From NCBI GenBank assembly GCA_038215615.1, contig JBBQQR010000021.1, positions 1 through 41,833 on the forward strand: a stretch of 41,833 bases of DNA, given 5' to 3'. Positions within the stretch are counted from its first letter, which is position 1; every line of letters starts with the position of its first letter. Under the pieces are notes generated by a model. The model worked only from the letters and a program-made list of their open reading frames with translations. It had not been told where the DNA came from and ran no database searches. Made by a program: the position numbers and the translations under genes. Shown one piece after another: positions 41,160 through 41,833 of the stretch. This DNA is from Vulcanimicrobiales bacterium. Lineage in GTDB: Bacteria > Vulcanimicrobiota > Vulcanimicrobiia > Vulcanimicrobiales > Vulcanimicrobiaceae.

Positions 41160-41833
41160 GTGATCTCCCTCAGTTCGGAAAAACAGGCCATGCGGGCAAT
41201 GCACACCGCGCGCAGCGTTTTGCTCACTGCCTACACGCTGCGTCCCGGCCGTATGCTCGATGCGGTCGAAGACGCGGCCCGCCGCGGCGCGCGCGTTACC
41301 GTGCGCTTGGAAGGCAGCCCTTATGCGGACCCGTCGGGCGAGCTCGCGGCGGCCAATAAGCGCGCGGTTCGCGAGCTGCGCCGCCTTGGCGCCGACGCGA
41401 AACTCGCCGGTACCAACGCGGGCAACGGACCTGCGCTTCATATGAAAGCCGCGGTCTGCGACGGCATCGCCTATCTCGACGATCGCAACTGGCCCGACGG
41501 CGGCGACACAATCGTGCGCGACGACTTTCGCGCCGACATTGCCGCGATTCGATCCGCCGTCCTTTACAGGCGCGCGAAGCATACGCCGGAATTCTTTACA
41601 AACAAACGCGACGCGCTGTGGGCCGAACGACGGCTGCTCGCCGGCGCACGTGATGCGAACCGCGTCGACGTCGAAAGCGAGTCTTTCGGTGCCGGCAGCG
41701 GCGTGTACGGCGCGCTCAAACAACTGGCGGAAAACGGCATACCGTGCCGGCTGCTCGTTTCACGGCGCGATCTCAACGACAACTCGCGCCGTGCGCTCGC
41801 AGCACTCGCTCAATCCGGCGTTGCCGTTCGCCT
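41160..41833 (+). CDS. Phospholipase D superfamily protein, 3'-truncated by the window edge
   Basis: Not in the ORF track. The open frame from GTG 41160 (or ATG 41190) reads ...LTAYTL...AARRGARVTVRL...LHMKAAVCDGIAYLDDRNW..., which contains HxKxxxxD. A second PLD repeat begins (VDVESESF...CRLLV). Confidence 0.8.
   Translation, partial: MISLSSEKQAMRAMHTARSVLLTAYTLRPGRMLDAVEDAARRGARVTVRLEGSPYADPSGELAAANKRAVRELRRLGADAKLAGTNAGNGPALHMKAAVCDGIAYLDDRNWPDGGDTIVRDDFRADIAAIRSAVLYRRAKHTPEFFTNKRDALWAERRLLAGARDANRVDVESESFGAGSGVYGALKQLAENGIPCRLLVSRRDLNDNSRRALAALAQSGVAVR

Noticed and set aside
1..41833. CRISPR arrays, tRNA/rRNA, IS/integrase, prophage or defence island
   Set aside because: No regularly spaced repeats, RNA-gene-sized gaps, transposase/integrase motifs or obvious compositional shift seen by eye; intergenic gaps are all under about 140 nt.

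Overview
Gene-dense, GC-rich bacterial chromosomal window with about 42 CDS. I saw no rRNA, tRNA, CRISPR array, prophage or mobile element. The gene style is reminiscent of Candidatus Eremiobacterota/Vulcanimicrobiota, which is an unverified inference. The left half is mixed housekeeping and metabolism: a partial carotenoid-oxygenase-family gene, rpsO, two SDRs, a thioesterase, an HTH protein, PfpI, NAPRTase, PolX, FdhD, a beta-propeller/phosphoesterase, IlvE, a class-A-like serine hydrolase, a BMP-type nucleoside ABC importer, a DUF5069-AI-2E fusion, arginase and a glutaredoxin. The right half holds two long minus-strand operons. One is a tetrapyrrole operon: SirC-HemC-half-HemD fusion, hemB, mobA, hemL, rex, hemA, cobA-hemD, DUF92. 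The other is a respiratory operon: menG/ubiE, polyprenyl synthase, tatA, tatC, resB, ccsA, Rieske, fused cytochrome b+subunit IV+c, PhyH. The most unusual signals are these. (1) An apparently catalytically dead ABC ATPase plus ABC-2-like membrane protein is coupled to NAPRTase, with a 7-4-7 palindrome over the NAPRTase start codon. (2) The DUF5069-AI-2E fusion is coupled to arginase. (3) The tetrapyrrole fusion has three parts. (4) Three genes appear to need non-canonical start codons (CTG, ATC, CTG). (5) The Rieske/cytochrome b operon is self-contained and has a PAWY Qo motif. (6) There is a candidate S15 leader RNA. All family assignments come from motif recognition by eye, not database searches.
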